A DNA stretch of 64,000 bases from an uncultured Bacilli bacterium. GTDB lineage: Bacteria > Bacillota_I > Bacilli_A > RF39 > UBA660. The notes beneath the pieces were generated by a model. That model worked only from the letters and a program-made list of their open reading frames with translations, did not search any database and was not told where the DNA came from. Positions within the stretch are counted from its first letter, which is position 1, and every line of letters begins with the position of its first letter. Location of the stretch: NCBI GenBank assembly GCA_958421325.1, contig CATZLO010000001.1, forward strand, positions 7,373 through 71,372, given 5' to 3'. The position numbers and the translations under genes were made by a program. Positions 20,756 to 31,431 of this stretch are shown here, piece after piece.

Positions 20756-22612
20756 TTAAATTCCCCTTTTCTTTAAATATACAGAAATAATAGCAATATC
20801 TGAAGGATTAACACCACTTATTCTACTAGCCTGTCCTAGTGTTATTGGCCTTATCTTTTCTAGCTTTTCTTTTGCTTCACTGGCAATATTAGGTATTTCT
20901 TGATAGTTAATATCTTCTTTTATTTCTTTATCCTCTAGTTCTAACATTTTTTTTGCCTCTTCCATAGATTTTTTAATATAGCCTTCATATTTTACATTTA
21001 TTTCTACCTCTTTTAAGACTTCTTTAGAATAATTCAAATCCTTAAAACTAGTTAGATCTTCTATAGATAATTCAGGTCTTTTCAATAAATCATATAAAGT
21101 AATGCTATCTTTTAAAGGAGAAGTACTTAAGTTTGTTAAGATATCATTTATCTCTTTTTTAGGAGTAACTTTTGTTTCTTTTAATACAATTGTTAATTTT
21201 TCTATATCATTTTTCTTTTTTAAGAAATTATTATAAATATCATCTTTGATCAAACCTATTTTATGACCATATTCTTTTAATCTTAAATCAGCATTGTCAT
21301 CTCTTAAGAGCAGACGATATTCAGCACGGGATGTTAAAAGACGATATGGATCTTTTACTCCTTTTGTTACTAAGTCATCGATTAAAACACCAATATAAGA
21401 TTCATTACGTTTTAGAATTAATGGAGCTTTTCCTTCTATTTTTAAAGAAGCGTTTATTCCAGCGATTAATCCTTGTCCTGCTGCTTCTTCATAACCACTT
21501 GTTCCATTTATTTGTCCTGCAGTATAGAGATTTTCAATTAATTTTGTTTCAAGAGAAGGTTTTATTTGTCTAGAATCAATGGCATCGTATTCTATGGCAT
21601 AGGCATACTTTAATATCTTTGCATTTTCTAAACCAGATAGACTATGAATCATCTGTTCTTGAACATAGTGGGGCATGCTCGTTGAGAAACCTTGTAAATA
21701 TAAATCATCATAGTAGATACTTTCAGGTTCTAAAAATAATTGATGTCGTTCTTTATCACTAAATCTTACGACTTTATCTTCTATAGAAGGACAGTATCTT
21801 GGTCCTACTCCTTCTACATAACCACCATACATACTAGATTCGTTTAGATGATCTTTGATTATCTTATGAGTTAAATCATTAGTATAAATTAAATAACATG
21901 GGAGTTGATATTTATAGGCAAGCGTGGTAGTATTATCATATGAAAATGTTATATCTTCACTACTTCCTAGTTCTTTTTGCATTTTAGAAAAATCGACACT
22001 GTTCTTTTCAATACGAGGAGGTGTTCCTGTTTTTAATCTTAAAATATTAAAACCAAATTTCTTTAAGAAGGGACTTAAATAATTACTTGCTTTTTCACCA
22101 TGGGGACCGCCTGCTGTTTTTTTGTCCCCTACTAAGATTGTTCCTTTTAAATATGTTCCTGTTGTTAAAATAACGGCTTTAGAAGTTATTTCTTCACCGC
22201 CTTCTAGAATAACTCCCTTTACTTTGTTGTCTTTTATAACAAGTTCTTTTACTAATCCTTCTTTAATATCTAAGTTATCTTGATTTTGTAAAGTCTTTAA
22301 CATTTCCTTTTTATAGATAACTTTATCAGCTTGGGCACGTAAGGCACGAACAGCAGGACCTTTTTTAGTATTTAACATTTTCATTTGTAAGGAACTCTTA
22401 TCAGTATTTTTAGCCATTTCACCACCTAAGGCATCTATTTCTCTTACTACTATTCCTTTAGCAGGTCCTCCAATTGATGGATTACAGGGCATATCGGCAA
22501 TATTATCAATATTACCAGTTACTAAAAGAGTCTTATGCTTAAGTCTTGCACATGATAAACAGGCTTCTATACCAGCATGACCTCCCCCTACAACAATTAC
22601 TTCATAATTCAT
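20756..22612 (-). CDS. mnmG: tRNA uridine 5-carboxymethylaminomethyl modification enzyme MnmG (GidA)
   Basis: FAD-binding N-terminus VIVVGGGHAG, 618 aa. Confidence 0.95.
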   Translation of the reverse strand: MNYEVIVVGGGHAGIEACLSCARLKHKTLLVTGNIDNIADMPCNPSIGGPAKGIVVREIDALGGEMAKNTDKSSLQMKMLNTKKGPAVRALRAQADKVIYKKEMLKTLQNQDNLDIKEGLVKELVIKDNKVKGVILEGGEEITSKAVILTTGTYLKGTILVGDKKTAGGPHGEKASNYLSPFLKKFGFNILRLKTGTPPRIEKNSVDFSKMQKELGSSEDITFSYDNTTTLAYKYQLPCYLIYTNDLTHKIIKDHLNESSMYGGYVEGVGPRYCPSIEDKVVRFSDKERHQLFLEPESIYYDDLYLQGFSTSMPHYVQEQMIHSLSGLENAKILKYAYAIEYDAIDSRQIKPSLETKLIENLYTAGQINGTSGYEEAAGQGLIAGINASLKIEGKAPLILKRNESYIGVLIDDLVTKGVKDPYRLLTSRAEYRLLLRDDNADLRLKEYGHKIGLIKDDIYNNFLKKKNDIEKLTIVLKETKVTPKKEINDILTNLSTSPLKDSITLYDLLKRPELSIEDLTSFKDLNYSKEVLKEVEINVKYEGYIKKSMEEAKKMLELEDKEIKEDINYQEIPNIASEAKEKLEKIRPITLGQASRISGVNPSDIAIISVYLKKRGI

Positions 22613-22627
22613 TTATACATCACAACC

Positions 22628-22999
22628 TTTATTTTAATTCTAGTACTTTTTCTTTTTCACTTTCTTTAATTTTTTCTCTAAATTGTTTTTGGCTATATAA
22701 AAAGGATAATGTTTGACCTAAGCTATGTTTACTTGACAATCTTCTATTAGGTATAGCCAAGTTTTCTTCTCTAAACTTTGACATCCACTCTCTTTGAAAT
22801 AATATCGAATCATTTTCAGTTACTTTCTTACTCTTTGGTTCTAAATTCTCGTTTTCATATCTTGCTTCTATTATTTCGCCAACAGAATAATCTCCTGGTT
22901 TTCTATCTAATAAAATAAAACTATTACCATCTTCTATGGCTTTGTTTATCCATAATTGATTAAATAAAATTGAATTTTTTTAGTAATTTTCTCGCTCAT
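22628..22999 (-). pseudogene. small hypothetical gene interrupted by frameshift at an A7 homopolymer
   Basis: RBS AAGAAGGAAA + ATG (complement 22997-22999) gives MSEKITKK then stop after 17 codons; the other frame is open for about 110 codons to TAA at 22628-22630; the two are joined by one extra A in the A7 run. Confidence 0.35.
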
Positions 23000-23015
23000 T
23001 TATATTATTTCCTTC

Positions 23016-24371
23016 TTACTTTCCTACACAGAAATTTGCAAACAATTCATCTAGTAGTTCATCACTATAACTTTCTCCTGTAATAGAACCTAAAATATCA
23101 AATACTTCTTTTAAGTCTATTTCTATTATATCAACAGGTTCATCACTTTCTAAACTAACTTTAGCATCCTCTAAACTCTTAAGAGCCTTCTTGGCTAAGC
23201 TTAATTGTCTTTCATTAGCAAGATAAGTATAATCATCTTCTTTTATTTCTGATAATTTAAACATACTCTTTATCTCTTCTTTTAATGGTTCTATTCCATC
23301 TAATGTATTTGTATTTGTACTTACTATATGTTTAAAGTTTAACTTATCTTTATCTATTTTCTTTATTAAATCATTCTTATTTAAAACAATAATAGGATTT
23401 TTATCTTTTACTTTATCCAAAATAAACTTATCATTTTCAGTTAATTCTTCACTAGAATTTAATACTACTATAATAAGGTTAGCTTTATCTATTAAAGATA
23501 AGCTCTTCTCTACTCCAATTTTTTCGGCTAAATTATCAGTGTCTCTTATACCTGCTGTATCAATTAGTGATAATTCTATGCCATCAAAGATAATACTTCC
23601 TTCAACGATATCTCTTGTTGTTCCTTCAATATCAGTAACTATTGCTTTTTCTTCTTTTAGAAATCTATTTAGAATACTACTTTTTCCTACATTGGGTCTA
23701 CCTATAATAATAGTCTTGATACCATTTTTTATGATTTGTCTTTCTTCTGATTTTCTTACTAATTTTTTTAAATCTTTTTCAAGATCAGTTATTATTTCTT
23801 TTAACTCTTTCTTTGTAACCTCTTCAATATCGTAGTACTCAGGGTAATCTATATTAACTTCTATGTTTGCTATAACGTTCTTTAATTTATCCCTAAAAAT
23901 ATTAATATATTTCTTTAGGGAACCTTCGAGAGAAGATAAGGCTAATTTTCTACTATTTTCAGTTTTACTATCTATTAAATCCATTACTGCTTCTGCTTCT
24001 GTTAAATCAATTCTTCCGTTAAGAAAGGCTCTTTTAGTAAATTCTCCTGCTTCTGCCCTTCTGGCTCCGTTTTCTATTAATAAATCAAAAATTTTAAGTG
24101 TTGTAGCAATACCTCCATGACAATTTATTTCTACTATATCTTCTCTTGTAAATGTTTTAGGAGACCTCATTACTGTTACTAAAACTTCATCTATATCTTC
24201 TTTTCCATTATTAATAAATCCATAATTTATAGTATGAGATTCTACTTTAGTTAAATTTTTTCCTCTAAATAATTTGTTTACTAAGAAAATGGCATCATCT
24301 CCGCTTACTCTTATAACAGAGATTGCTCCTACTCCTAATTTAGTTGATATCGCAACTATTGTATCTGACAT
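23016..24371 (-). CDS. mnmE: tRNA modification GTPase MnmE (TrmE)
   Basis: G-domain GRPNVGKSS, C-terminal CVGK. Confidence 0.95.
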   Translation of the reverse strand: MSDTIVAISTKLGVGAISVIRVSGDDAIFLVNKLFRGKNLTKVESHTINYGFINNGKEDIDEVLVTVMRSPKTFTREDIVEINCHGGIATTLKIFDLLIENGARRAEAGEFTKRAFLNGRIDLTEAEAVMDLIDSKTENSRKLALSSLEGSLKKYINIFRDKLKNVIANIEVNIDYPEYYDIEEVTKKELKEIITDLEKDLKKLVRKSEERQIIKNGIKTIIIGRPNVGKSSILNRFLKEEKAIVTDIEGTTRDIVEGSIIFDGIELSLIDTAGIRDTDNLAEKIGVEKSLSLIDKANLIIVVLNSSEELTENDKFILDKVKDKNPIIVLNKNDLIKKIDKDKLNFKHIVSTNTNTLDGIEPLKEEIKSMFKLSEIKEDDYTYLANERQLSLAKKALKSLEDAKVSLESDEPVDIIEIDLKEVFDILGSITGESYSDELLDELFANFCVGK

Positions 24372-25095
24372 TTTTCTTTGCTCCTATTCTTTTTACTTTA
24401 TCTTGCCCTTTATCTAAACCTAAAGCTTTATATGCTTTAATACCATAGAAAGCCTCTTTTTCTCTTTCTGTTAAATTATTTTTCCTACAAAAATATTCTT
24501 CTGTTATAGAGGGTAACTCTTTTACATTTTTTATATCATAATTATGGGGGTTTTCATATATCTTATAACTTAATATTTCATCTATTACTTTATCATCTTT
24601 GTAATGATTATAAAATTGTAAAGTTTCTCTTACTGCATCTATATATCTATTTAACTCTTCTATAGTAAAAATTTGGGACATTCCTTCTTTTTCTTTTAAA
24701 GTGATTAAATGTTTTAATGCTTCTTTAGGTGAATAATAAATCTTATCATTTGTTTCTTTGTTATAAATTACTTCATTGATAGAAAGAAAACTTTTTAAAT
24801 TTGTTAAATCTTGTGTATATTCTTTTAAAACTTTTTTATGTTCTAAATATTGTTTTACCTCTATATAAGTATCTATTAATGAATCAATTTTATCTTTAAG
24901 TTCTGCTTTCTTAGGATCTTTGTAGATATTATTTTGTTTTAAATTTTTTCTTTGCTTCTCTAGACTTATATAGTTTTGTACCATTGGATAAGTTAGTAAA
25001 CAATCTATATTTGTATTTATCCTATCTATTTCAGTAGTTAATTGTAACTTTAAAAATTCTAAATCATTTATTGTATCTGCAACTATTTCTTGCAT
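24340..25095 (-). CDS. hypothetical protein
   Basis: 251-aa ORF, no recognizable domain; 3' end overlaps mnmE start by 32 nt. Confidence 0.45.
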   Translation of the reverse strand: MQEIVADTINDLEFLKLQLTTEIDRINTNIDCLLTYPMVQNYISLEKQRKNLKQNNIYKDPKKAELKDKIDSLIDTYIEVKQYLEHKKVLKEYTQDLTNLKSFLSINEVIYNKETNDKIYYSPKEALKHLITLKEKEGMSQIFTIEELNRYIDAVRETLQFYNHYKDDKVIDEILSYKIYENPHNYDIKNVKELPSITEEYFCRKNNLTEREKEAFYGIKAYKALGLDKGQDKVKRIGAKKNVRYNSCDIN

Positions 25096-25439
25096 GTAAC
25101 ACCTTCCTTTCTCTTTTTCAATCTTATTATTATATTGATTTTTTTTGATACTGTAAAGGTTAAATAAGGAAAGTTTTTTTTATTAGTCACATTTTTACAA
25201 AAACTTGCTAATAAAAATCAATAGTTTTCAATAAATTTATCAATAATTTAATAATACTTAAATTTGAACATGCTAACGCAACCTATTACTAGGTCTTCTT
25301 TTCGCATCAAACTATAAAGATTACCATATTTCTAATTCTTTATATTTTTTTTACTATTCCATAATACATTCTCAAGAATTTATTTAATCCTGCAACTTTG
25401 GGCACTTTCTTCAGCTTGCCTTCGTTTTATTTTTTTTAT

Positions 25440-26060
25440 AATATATGATTTTAATTCGTTATCTAATTTACAATTACTTTTTATGAATTTCATTACTTCA
25501 TATCCTGTTTTTCTTAAATACTTATTTCCTCGTTTAGAAATATGTCTATTGATTGCTTCAAATTGTCCTAACTGATATGGTGATGTATCTATTCCAACAT
25601 AAGCTATAATGCTACCTGCATTTTTAAATTTTCTTACATCTCCAATTTCTGCTATTACCCTAGAAGTTAGTTTTTTTCACATCCAGAAATCTCATTTATA
25701 ACGTCATATTTAGGTATCCTCTTACAATTTTATCAATTTCTGATATAATTGTAGTTGTTGTTTTAATTGTTAAAATTAAGGAATCTGCACAACTAATTGC
25801 TGATAGGTGTGCAGATCTATTATTAGGACGTGGAGAAACCGTTTTTGGGCAAGTAAATATATCTTATTGGCTAAGGTTATGCCTGCTCCTTTATGTCCTA
25901 ATGTTTTTGCTAATTTATCAATCTCATTTATAAATTGAGATTGTTTTTCGTTTATAACAATTTCAGGATAATAATATTTTTTAAATATTTCTAGCCCTAA
26001 TATAAAAGAGTTTTCATTTAACAATTGATAATACAGCTATTGTACTTTTCCCTTTGAAAT
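25440..26060 (-). mobile_element. degraded IS110-family transposase (pseudogene remnant)
   Basis: Minus-strand fragments translate to IS110 Transposase_20-like LTSRVIAEIGDVRKFKNAGSIIAYVGIDTSPYQLGQFEAINRHISKRGNKYLRK but are broken by multiple stops and frameshifts; the 82-aa ORF 25776..26024 is part of it. Confidence 0.55.
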
Positions 26061-26318
26061 ATCAATTCCTACTCTTTAAATTATGATTGGTTACAACTCC
26101 TCTACATATCCTTATTTTAGCTCTTTACTCGAGAACTATTTCAATCTCAACTTGCTTAAACGAATATATTATGTGAAACTTGGATAACAGTTTTGTAACG
26201 AGAACTTTATCTCTAAAAGACCTACGTTATCCAATCACTTCAATCATAATAAAAAGAAGTGTAATATTCAATCACGTTTCTGCAATTAATTATTACACTT
26301 TTATAGTATCAAAAAGGT

Positions 26319-26927
26319 CTAGTCGCGAGGTTTTATAACAACATAGCGATTAGGTTCTTCTCCTATACTTTCAGTATAAACATATTTATTATTATTTAAA
26401 ATATTATGAACTAGTCTTCTTTGATATGAATTCACAGAATCCATTTTAACTTCTACTTTTGTTTCTCTAACTTCTCGTGCTAGCTTTTTGGCAAGTTTTT
26501 CAATTCTTTGGTCATTTTTTACTTTGTAATCACTCACATCTATTAAGAAACGATAGTTACTTTTTATCTCTTTAGTTAACATGGCATTTACTACGGTGGT
26601 TAGAGCTTTTAGGTTCTTACCATCTTTTCCTATTAATAACGCATCATTTGTAGAAAATAAACGATACGTTGGTATATCATTATTGACAGTTATTTCTATT
26701 TCTAGATCAAAACCCATATCTTTTAAAAGAATTTTTATTACTTTTTTTAGATATTCTTTCACTTCTCTTTTTTCTATTACTTCTATTTCTACTTTTTTAG
26801 ATAGTAAGGTTTTCTTTTCCTCTTTTTTATTTATTATTAAATTTTCTTCTAGTTCTTGTAAATCTATTTTAGCTTTATTTACTGCCTCTTCATAAGTTTT
26901 ACCAATAAATTCGTGTTTATTTATCAT
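26319..26927 (-). CDS. khpB: Jag/KhpB R3H-domain RNA-binding protein
   Basis: C-terminal R3H domain (SYQRRLVHNIL), position downstream of yidC. Confidence 0.9.
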   Translation of the reverse strand: MINKHEFIGKTYEEAVNKAKIDLQELEENLIINKKEEKKTLLSKKVEIEVIEKREVKEYLKKVIKILLKDMGFDLEIEITVNNDIPTYRLFSTNDALLIGKDGKNLKALTTVVNAMLTKEIKSNYRFLIDVSDYKVKNDQRIEKLAKKLAREVRETKVEVKMDSVNSYQRRLVHNILNNNKYVYTESIGEEPNRYVVIKPRD

Positions 26928-27846
26928 GTTTTTCCATACCCCTTTTTACCACAATATTTTGAACAATGGCAAAGATATTACCCACTGACCAATATATTCC
27001 TAATGCTGATGGCATAAAGAATGCTGTTATTATAATAATTACACTCATCATAATTGGCATCATTTTCATAGATGGATCAGTTGAACTATTACTTGTAGAC
27101 TTAAACATAAAGATAGTTGAACCACCAATTATTAATAAAAGAATTATGTACATATAAAATGTCCCACTTCCAAAACCTACTAAAGGTGTTGTTCCTAGTT
27201 GAATTCCTAAAAAGTTTTCTTCAAAAATAGCTGGAACCCTATTTATTGCTTCTAAAAAAGCTAGTAATAAAGGTAATTGAATAAATGATATTAGACAACT
27301 TGTTAAAGGGTTGAAGTTATATTTTTTATAGACCATCATCATCTCTTGATTTTGTTTTAACATTGAATCTTGATCTGTTTTGCCTTCATATTTTTTTTGA
27401 ATTCTAGCTAGCTCTGGAGAAGCTTTCTTCATCATCTCACTTTGTACTGCCATTTTTTTAGTGAATGGGAATAATATTAATCTTATTATGATAGTGATGA
27501 TGATAATACTTAAGGCAAAACTACCTATGTACTTACCTAATGTTAATATTAAAAATGCTAATGGTTTAACAAATATACCTGTCCATAGTCCGTCATATTC
27601 AGTTGAACTAGGTGTAAATTCTGAACATTTTGGTAAATCATTTAGTTTAACTTTATTATCTTCATACAATTTTCTTGTTTGTTCATTTTCTGGTTGACAT
27701 AAGATGTTTGCTGTTAATGATTGCCCTGTTTCAGGGTTTTGAACTGCTTTTTTATCCTTATCTACTAATGTTGTTGTGCATCCTGTCATTAAGAATAATA
27801 ACATTACTATTATGATAATTTTTGACTTTAATTTGTTTTTTTTCAT
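26917..27846 (-). CDS. yidC: membrane protein insertase YidC/SpoIIIJ (lipoprotein type)
   Basis: Lipoprotein signal LLFLMTGC, 60-kDa inner membrane insertase core. Confidence 0.9.
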   Translation of the reverse strand: MKKNKLKSKIIIIVMLLFLMTGCTTTLVDKDKKAVQNPETGQSLTANILCQPENEQTRKLYEDNKVKLNDLPKCSEFTPSSTEYDGLWTGIFVKPLAFLILTLGKYIGSFALSIIIITIIIRLILFPFTKKMAVQSEMMKKASPELARIQKKYEGKTDQDSMLKQNQEMMMVYKKYNFNPLTSCLISFIQLPLLLAFLEAINRVPAIFEENFLGIQLGTTPLVGFGSGTFYMYIILLLIIGGSTIFMFKSTSNSSTDPSMKMMPIMMSVIIIITAFFMPSALGIYWSVGNIFAIVQNIVVKRGMEKHDK

Positions 27847-27856
27847 ACATTGCTCC

Positions 27857-28183
27857 TTACTTAATTTTATCCAATAAATATTGTAAGCTGCTAGATAATT
27901 CTTGATAAGACAAATTTAGACAGCTATTTCTTATTATTATAATACAATTATAATTTTTTTCATAGTCTTTATTATAGTTTCTTATAATTGCTCTAACTCT
28001 TCTTTTTAAATTATTTCTAATATGAGCCTTTCCTACCTTCTTTGGAACTGTTATACCATATTTAGTAGGTGAATCTTTCTTTTCTTTATAAAAGATGATA
28101 AAGTTATAGTTTTTTATTTTTTTACCCGTTTCTATCACTTCATCAAAGACTCTACTTTCTTTTACTATATACTTCTTGTTCAT
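27857..28183 (-). CDS. rnpA: ribonuclease P protein component
   Basis: 108-aa basic protein with RNase P motif KAHIRNNLKRRVR. Confidence 0.9.
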   Translation of the reverse strand: MNKKYIVKESRVFDEVIETGKKIKNYNFIIFYKEKKDSPTKYGITVPKKVGKAHIRNNLKRRVRAIIRNYNKDYEKNYNCIIIIRNSCLNLSYQELSSSLQYLLDKIK

Positions 28184-28202
28184 TTAACCACGTCCTAAAG
28201 TT

Positions 28203-28226
28203 AAAAAAACACTGCAAAAACAGTGA
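28203..28226 (-). terminator. hairpin + T-run between rpmH and rnpA
   Basis: On minus strand CACTG-TTTTTG-CAGTG followed by TTTTTTT. Confidence 0.45.
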
Positions 28227-28229
28227 ATT

Positions 28230-28358
28230 TTATTTTACTAATTCTTTGCGTCCTTTCTTACGACGACTATTTAAAATATTACCAGCGCTTGCTTTACGAG
28301 CGAAAAAACCATGTTTTTTTGCTCTTCTTCTTTGGTTTGGTTGATATGTTCTTTTCAT
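28230..28358 (-). CDS. rpmH: 50S ribosomal protein L34
   Basis: [18 protein letters not shown]...; ATG at 28358 preceded by GGAGGTG. Confidence 0.9.
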   Translation of the reverse strand: MKRTYQPNQRRRAKKHGFFARKASAGNILNSRRKKGRKELVK

Positions 28359-28564
28359 TATAACACCTCCAGACTTGAAATCTATATTATTATAATAGCT
28401 AGGTATTATCTTTGTCAAGAAATTATTTTAACTAAGGCATAGAGACACTTTATTTTGTTTTTTGCTTATTTTCTTTCATTATTATAATCTTTAAATAAAA
28501 CATATTCTATTTCTTAAAGTTCTTAGCTGTTATTTTATTATGAACATATCTAAAAAGTAGGTGT

Positions 28565-28750
28565 TATTATATTCTCCACTATTTCCACATGATGTGGAAA
28601 ACAAATATTAACTTGTGAATAAAAAAATGTGGAAAATGTGGAAAACTTTGTTTTTTGTTGATATATATTAATTTTAGTTGTGGAGAAATTTGTCGAAAAT
28701 TTGTGGAAAAAGAAAAAAATTAAAATTACTATTTCTTTTTCCACAAATTT
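28565..28750. promoter_or_regulatory. oriC DnaA-box cluster upstream of dnaA
   Basis: At least 8 close matches to TTATCCACA/TGTGGATAA (TGTGGAAAA x4, TTTCCACAT, TTCTCCACT, TTGTGGAGAA, TTTTCCACAA) within about 190 bp. Confidence 0.75.
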
Positions 28751-28797
28751 AGAGTATTATAATGGTAATTTATGAAATTCAGGTGGGAGGTGATAGG

Positions 28798-30162
28798 GTG
28801 AATGTCGAAATTCTATGGCAAAATGTTCTAAAAGAAATAAAAGATGACCTTTCATCCCTAGCTTTCGACACTTGGTTTAGTGATGTTAAACTTATAGAAT
28901 TAGATAATGGGGTTGCAATTATTGAAGTACCTATGTCTATTCATAAAAAACATTTATCTGATAATTACTTTGACCTTATTAAAACAGCTTTAAATAAGGT
29001 AACAGGCACTAATTTTGATTTAGAATTTTTACTTTCTGATGAAATTAATCATATGAGGAAGGAAAAAGAAGATAGTATTAAAGAGGAAGGAGTACCTAAA
29101 TCATTTAAAAATCAATCTAATTTAAATTCAAAATATAATTTTGAAAATTTTATCGTAGGTAATAGTAATAAGTTTGCACAAGCGGCCGCTTTATCTGTTG
29201 CTGAAAACCCTGGTAAAATGTATAATCCTTTGTTTATCTATGGAAATAGTGGCTTAGGAAAAACGCATTTAATGCATGCTATAGGAAATTATATTATAGA
29301 AAATTCTAATAGAAGAGTTCTTTATGTTACAAGTGATCAATTTAGAGATGATTTTGTAGGGATTAATAAAAAAGATGAGAAGGGTACTAACTTTAGTTAT
29401 ATAGACTTCTTTAAAAATAAGTACAGAAATATCGATGTCTTAATAATAGATGATATTCAGTTTTTAGGGGGGGCGACTCAAACACAGCAGGAGTTCTTCC
29501 ATACCTTTACAAATCTATATAATGATTCTAAGCAAATAATTATTTCTTCAGATAGGTCTCCTAATGATTTAAAATTATTAGAAGAAAGACTTAGAACTAG
29601 ATTTTGTTGGGGCCTTACAGTTAATATTTATCCGCCAGATTTTGAACTTAGAAAAGAGATTCTTCGTAAAAAAATTATAGCAGGTAACTTTGAAACTGAA
29701 ATACCTGAAGATGTTATTGAATATATCGCTTCTAATATGGGTAGTGATGTTAGACAATTAGAAGGATCTATTACAAGACTCGTTGCTTATTCAACTATTA
29801 TGGGAGGGGCTATAATAGATATAAATCTTGCAATTGAGGCTTTGAAAGACTTTATTAGTAAGGGACTTAGTGAAAAGAATGATATTACAAGAATTCAAAA
29901 GATAGTAGCAGAATACTTTCAAATTTCTGTTGAAGATATAAGAAGTAAAAAAAGAAGTAGTAATATTGCTTTTCCAAGACAAATAGCGATGTATTTGTGT
30001 CGAAAACTAACGAGTGAATCTTTTCCAAAAATAGGTACAGAATTTGGTGGAAAGGATCATTCAACAGTTATGCATTCGGTTGAGAAAATTGAACAGGAAA
30101 TAAAAAATAATAATGATTTAGCAGGCATTATTAAAAAGTTAGAAGATGACTTAAAGCCATGA
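28798..30162 (+). CDS. dnaA: chromosomal replication initiator DnaA
   Basis: AAA+ Walker A GNSGLGKTHL, C-terminal DnaA-box binding domain; GTG start proposed at 28798 (MNVEILWQ...) after RBS GGTGGGAGGTGA; ORF track's longer frame begins at 28762. Confidence 0.95.
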   Translation: MNVEILWQNVLKEIKDDLSSLAFDTWFSDVKLIELDNGVAIIEVPMSIHKKHLSDNYFDLIKTALNKVTGTNFDLEFLLSDEINHMRKEKEDSIKEEGVPKSFKNQSNLNSKYNFENFIVGNSNKFAQAAALSVAENPGKMYNPLFIYGNSGLGKTHLMHAIGNYIIENSNRRVLYVTSDQFRDDFVGINKKDEKGTNFSYIDFFKNKYRNIDVLIIDDIQFLGGATQTQQEFFHTFTNLYNDSKQIIISSDRSPNDLKLLEERLRTRFCWGLTVNIYPPDFELRKEILRKKIIAGNFETEIPEDVIEYIASNMGSDVRQLEGSITRLVAYSTIMGGAIIDINLAIEALKDFISKGLSEKNDITRIQKIVAEYFQISVEDIRSKKRSSNIAFPRQIAMYLCRKLTSESFPKIGTEFGGKDHSTVMHSVEKIEQEIKNNNDLAGIIKKLEDDLKP

Positions 30163-30184
30163 TGTGTTGATAAGTTTTAGTTTT

Positions 30185-30295
30185 AAACTTTTTTTCCACA
30201 AGCTATGTTTAAGAAAAATATGCTAAAATATAAGGGAAAATGATAGTTTTCCACATTTTCCACTCTATAAATAAAAATATATATAAGAAAGAAGG
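30185..30295. promoter_or_regulatory. oriC downstream DnaA boxes and AT-rich unwinding element
   Basis: TTTTTCCACA, TTTTCCACA, TTTTCCACT followed by CTATAAATAAAAATATATATAAG. Confidence 0.6.
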
Positions 30296-30303
30296 AATAA
30301 ATA

Positions 30304-31431
30304 ATGAAATTTACAATAAAAAAAGAAGTGTTAATGGAAGCAATTAATAAAGTATCGAAGGCTATATCTAGTAGGAATGTGATACCTGTGCTTGCTGGTA
30401 TAAAATTTGAACTTACGAGTAAAAAATTAATTTTAACAGCTAGTGATAATGATATTACTATTCAAACTTCTATTGATTGCCACGATGAAGAGATTATAAA
30501 AGTAAAAGAGGAGGGCAGTATTATTATTCAAGGAAAGTATATTTCTGATATTGTTAGAAAATTGCCTGATCTTTATATTAATATTGAAGTAGTAGATGAA
30601 CTTAAAATACTTATCTATACAGAAAACAGTGAATTTAATTTAAATGGTATTAGTGAAAGTGAATATCCTAATATTGATTTAGGAGAAAGTAAAAGCCATA
30701 TAGAGCTTTCTTCCTGTATTTTAAAAGAAATCGTTACTCAAACTGCTTTTGCTACATCTATTGATGAAAATAAAGCGATTTTAAATGGAATTAATTTCAA
30801 TGTAACTGGGGATATATTAGAGTGTAATGCAACAGATTCTTATAGATTAGCTAGAAAAGTTATTAAATTAAATAAGTCGAGCAAAGAAAATCAAAATATC
30901 GTTATTCCTAGTCGTAATTTAGTAGAATTTACAAGAATAATTGATGATAGTGAAGAAATAGTAGAAATTCATATATTTAATAATAAGATTTTATTTAAAT
31001 ATCAGAATCTTTTATTTCAATCTAGGTTAATAAACGGTACATATCCTAATACTTCAAATTTATTACCAAAAGATCATCTTGTTAAACTTCATTTTGATAT
31101 TAATAATTTTTATGATGTTGTTGATAGAGTTAGTATTTTAACTAGTGATAAAGATAAAAATACTGTGACATTAGAAACAGATGGTAATAATTTAATTATG
31201 AAATCTTCAAGTGCTGAAATAGGTAGGGTAGAAGAGAAGATGATTATTACAAAAGATCAGGATATTGATGTTAAAGTATCCTTTAGTTCCAAATATATGA
31301 TGGATGCTTTAAAATCTTTTAATACTGAAACAGTTGAATTATATTTTGTAGGCGAAATTAAACCAATTTTATTAAAAAGTGATGAAGATGAGAGCTTAAC
31401 TCAATTGGTTTTACCTATTAGAACTTATTAA
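30304..31431 (+). CDS. dnaN: DNA polymerase III beta sliding clamp
   Basis: 375 aa, canonical DnaN. Confidence 0.95.
   Translation: MKFTIKKEVLMEAINKVSKAISSRNVIPVLAGIKFELTSKKLILTASDNDITIQTSIDCHDEEIIKVKEEGSIIIQGKYISDIVRKLPDLYINIEVVDELKILIYTENSEFNLNGISESEYPNIDLGESKSHIELSSCILKEIVTQTAFATSIDENKAILNGINFNVTGDILECNATDSYRLARKVIKLNKSSKENQNIVIPSRNLVEFTRIIDDSEEIVEIHIFNNKILFKYQNLLFQSRLINGTYPNTSNLLPKDHLVKLHFDINNFYDVVDRVSILTSDKDKNTVTLETDGNNLIMKSSSAEIGRVEEKMIITKDQDIDVKVSFSSKYMMDALKSFNTETVELYFVGEIKPILLKSDEDESLTQLVLPIRTY

Noticed and set aside
25096-25440. tRNA or other structured RNA in the gap next to the IS110 remnant
   Set aside because: No cloverleaf-compatible segments or conserved T-loop/anticodon-stem features seen. 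Likely decayed IS flank.
28550-28744. 64-aa minus-strand ORF in dnaA upstream region
   Set aside because: Sits on the DnaA-box cluster of oriC. Translation is low-complexity.
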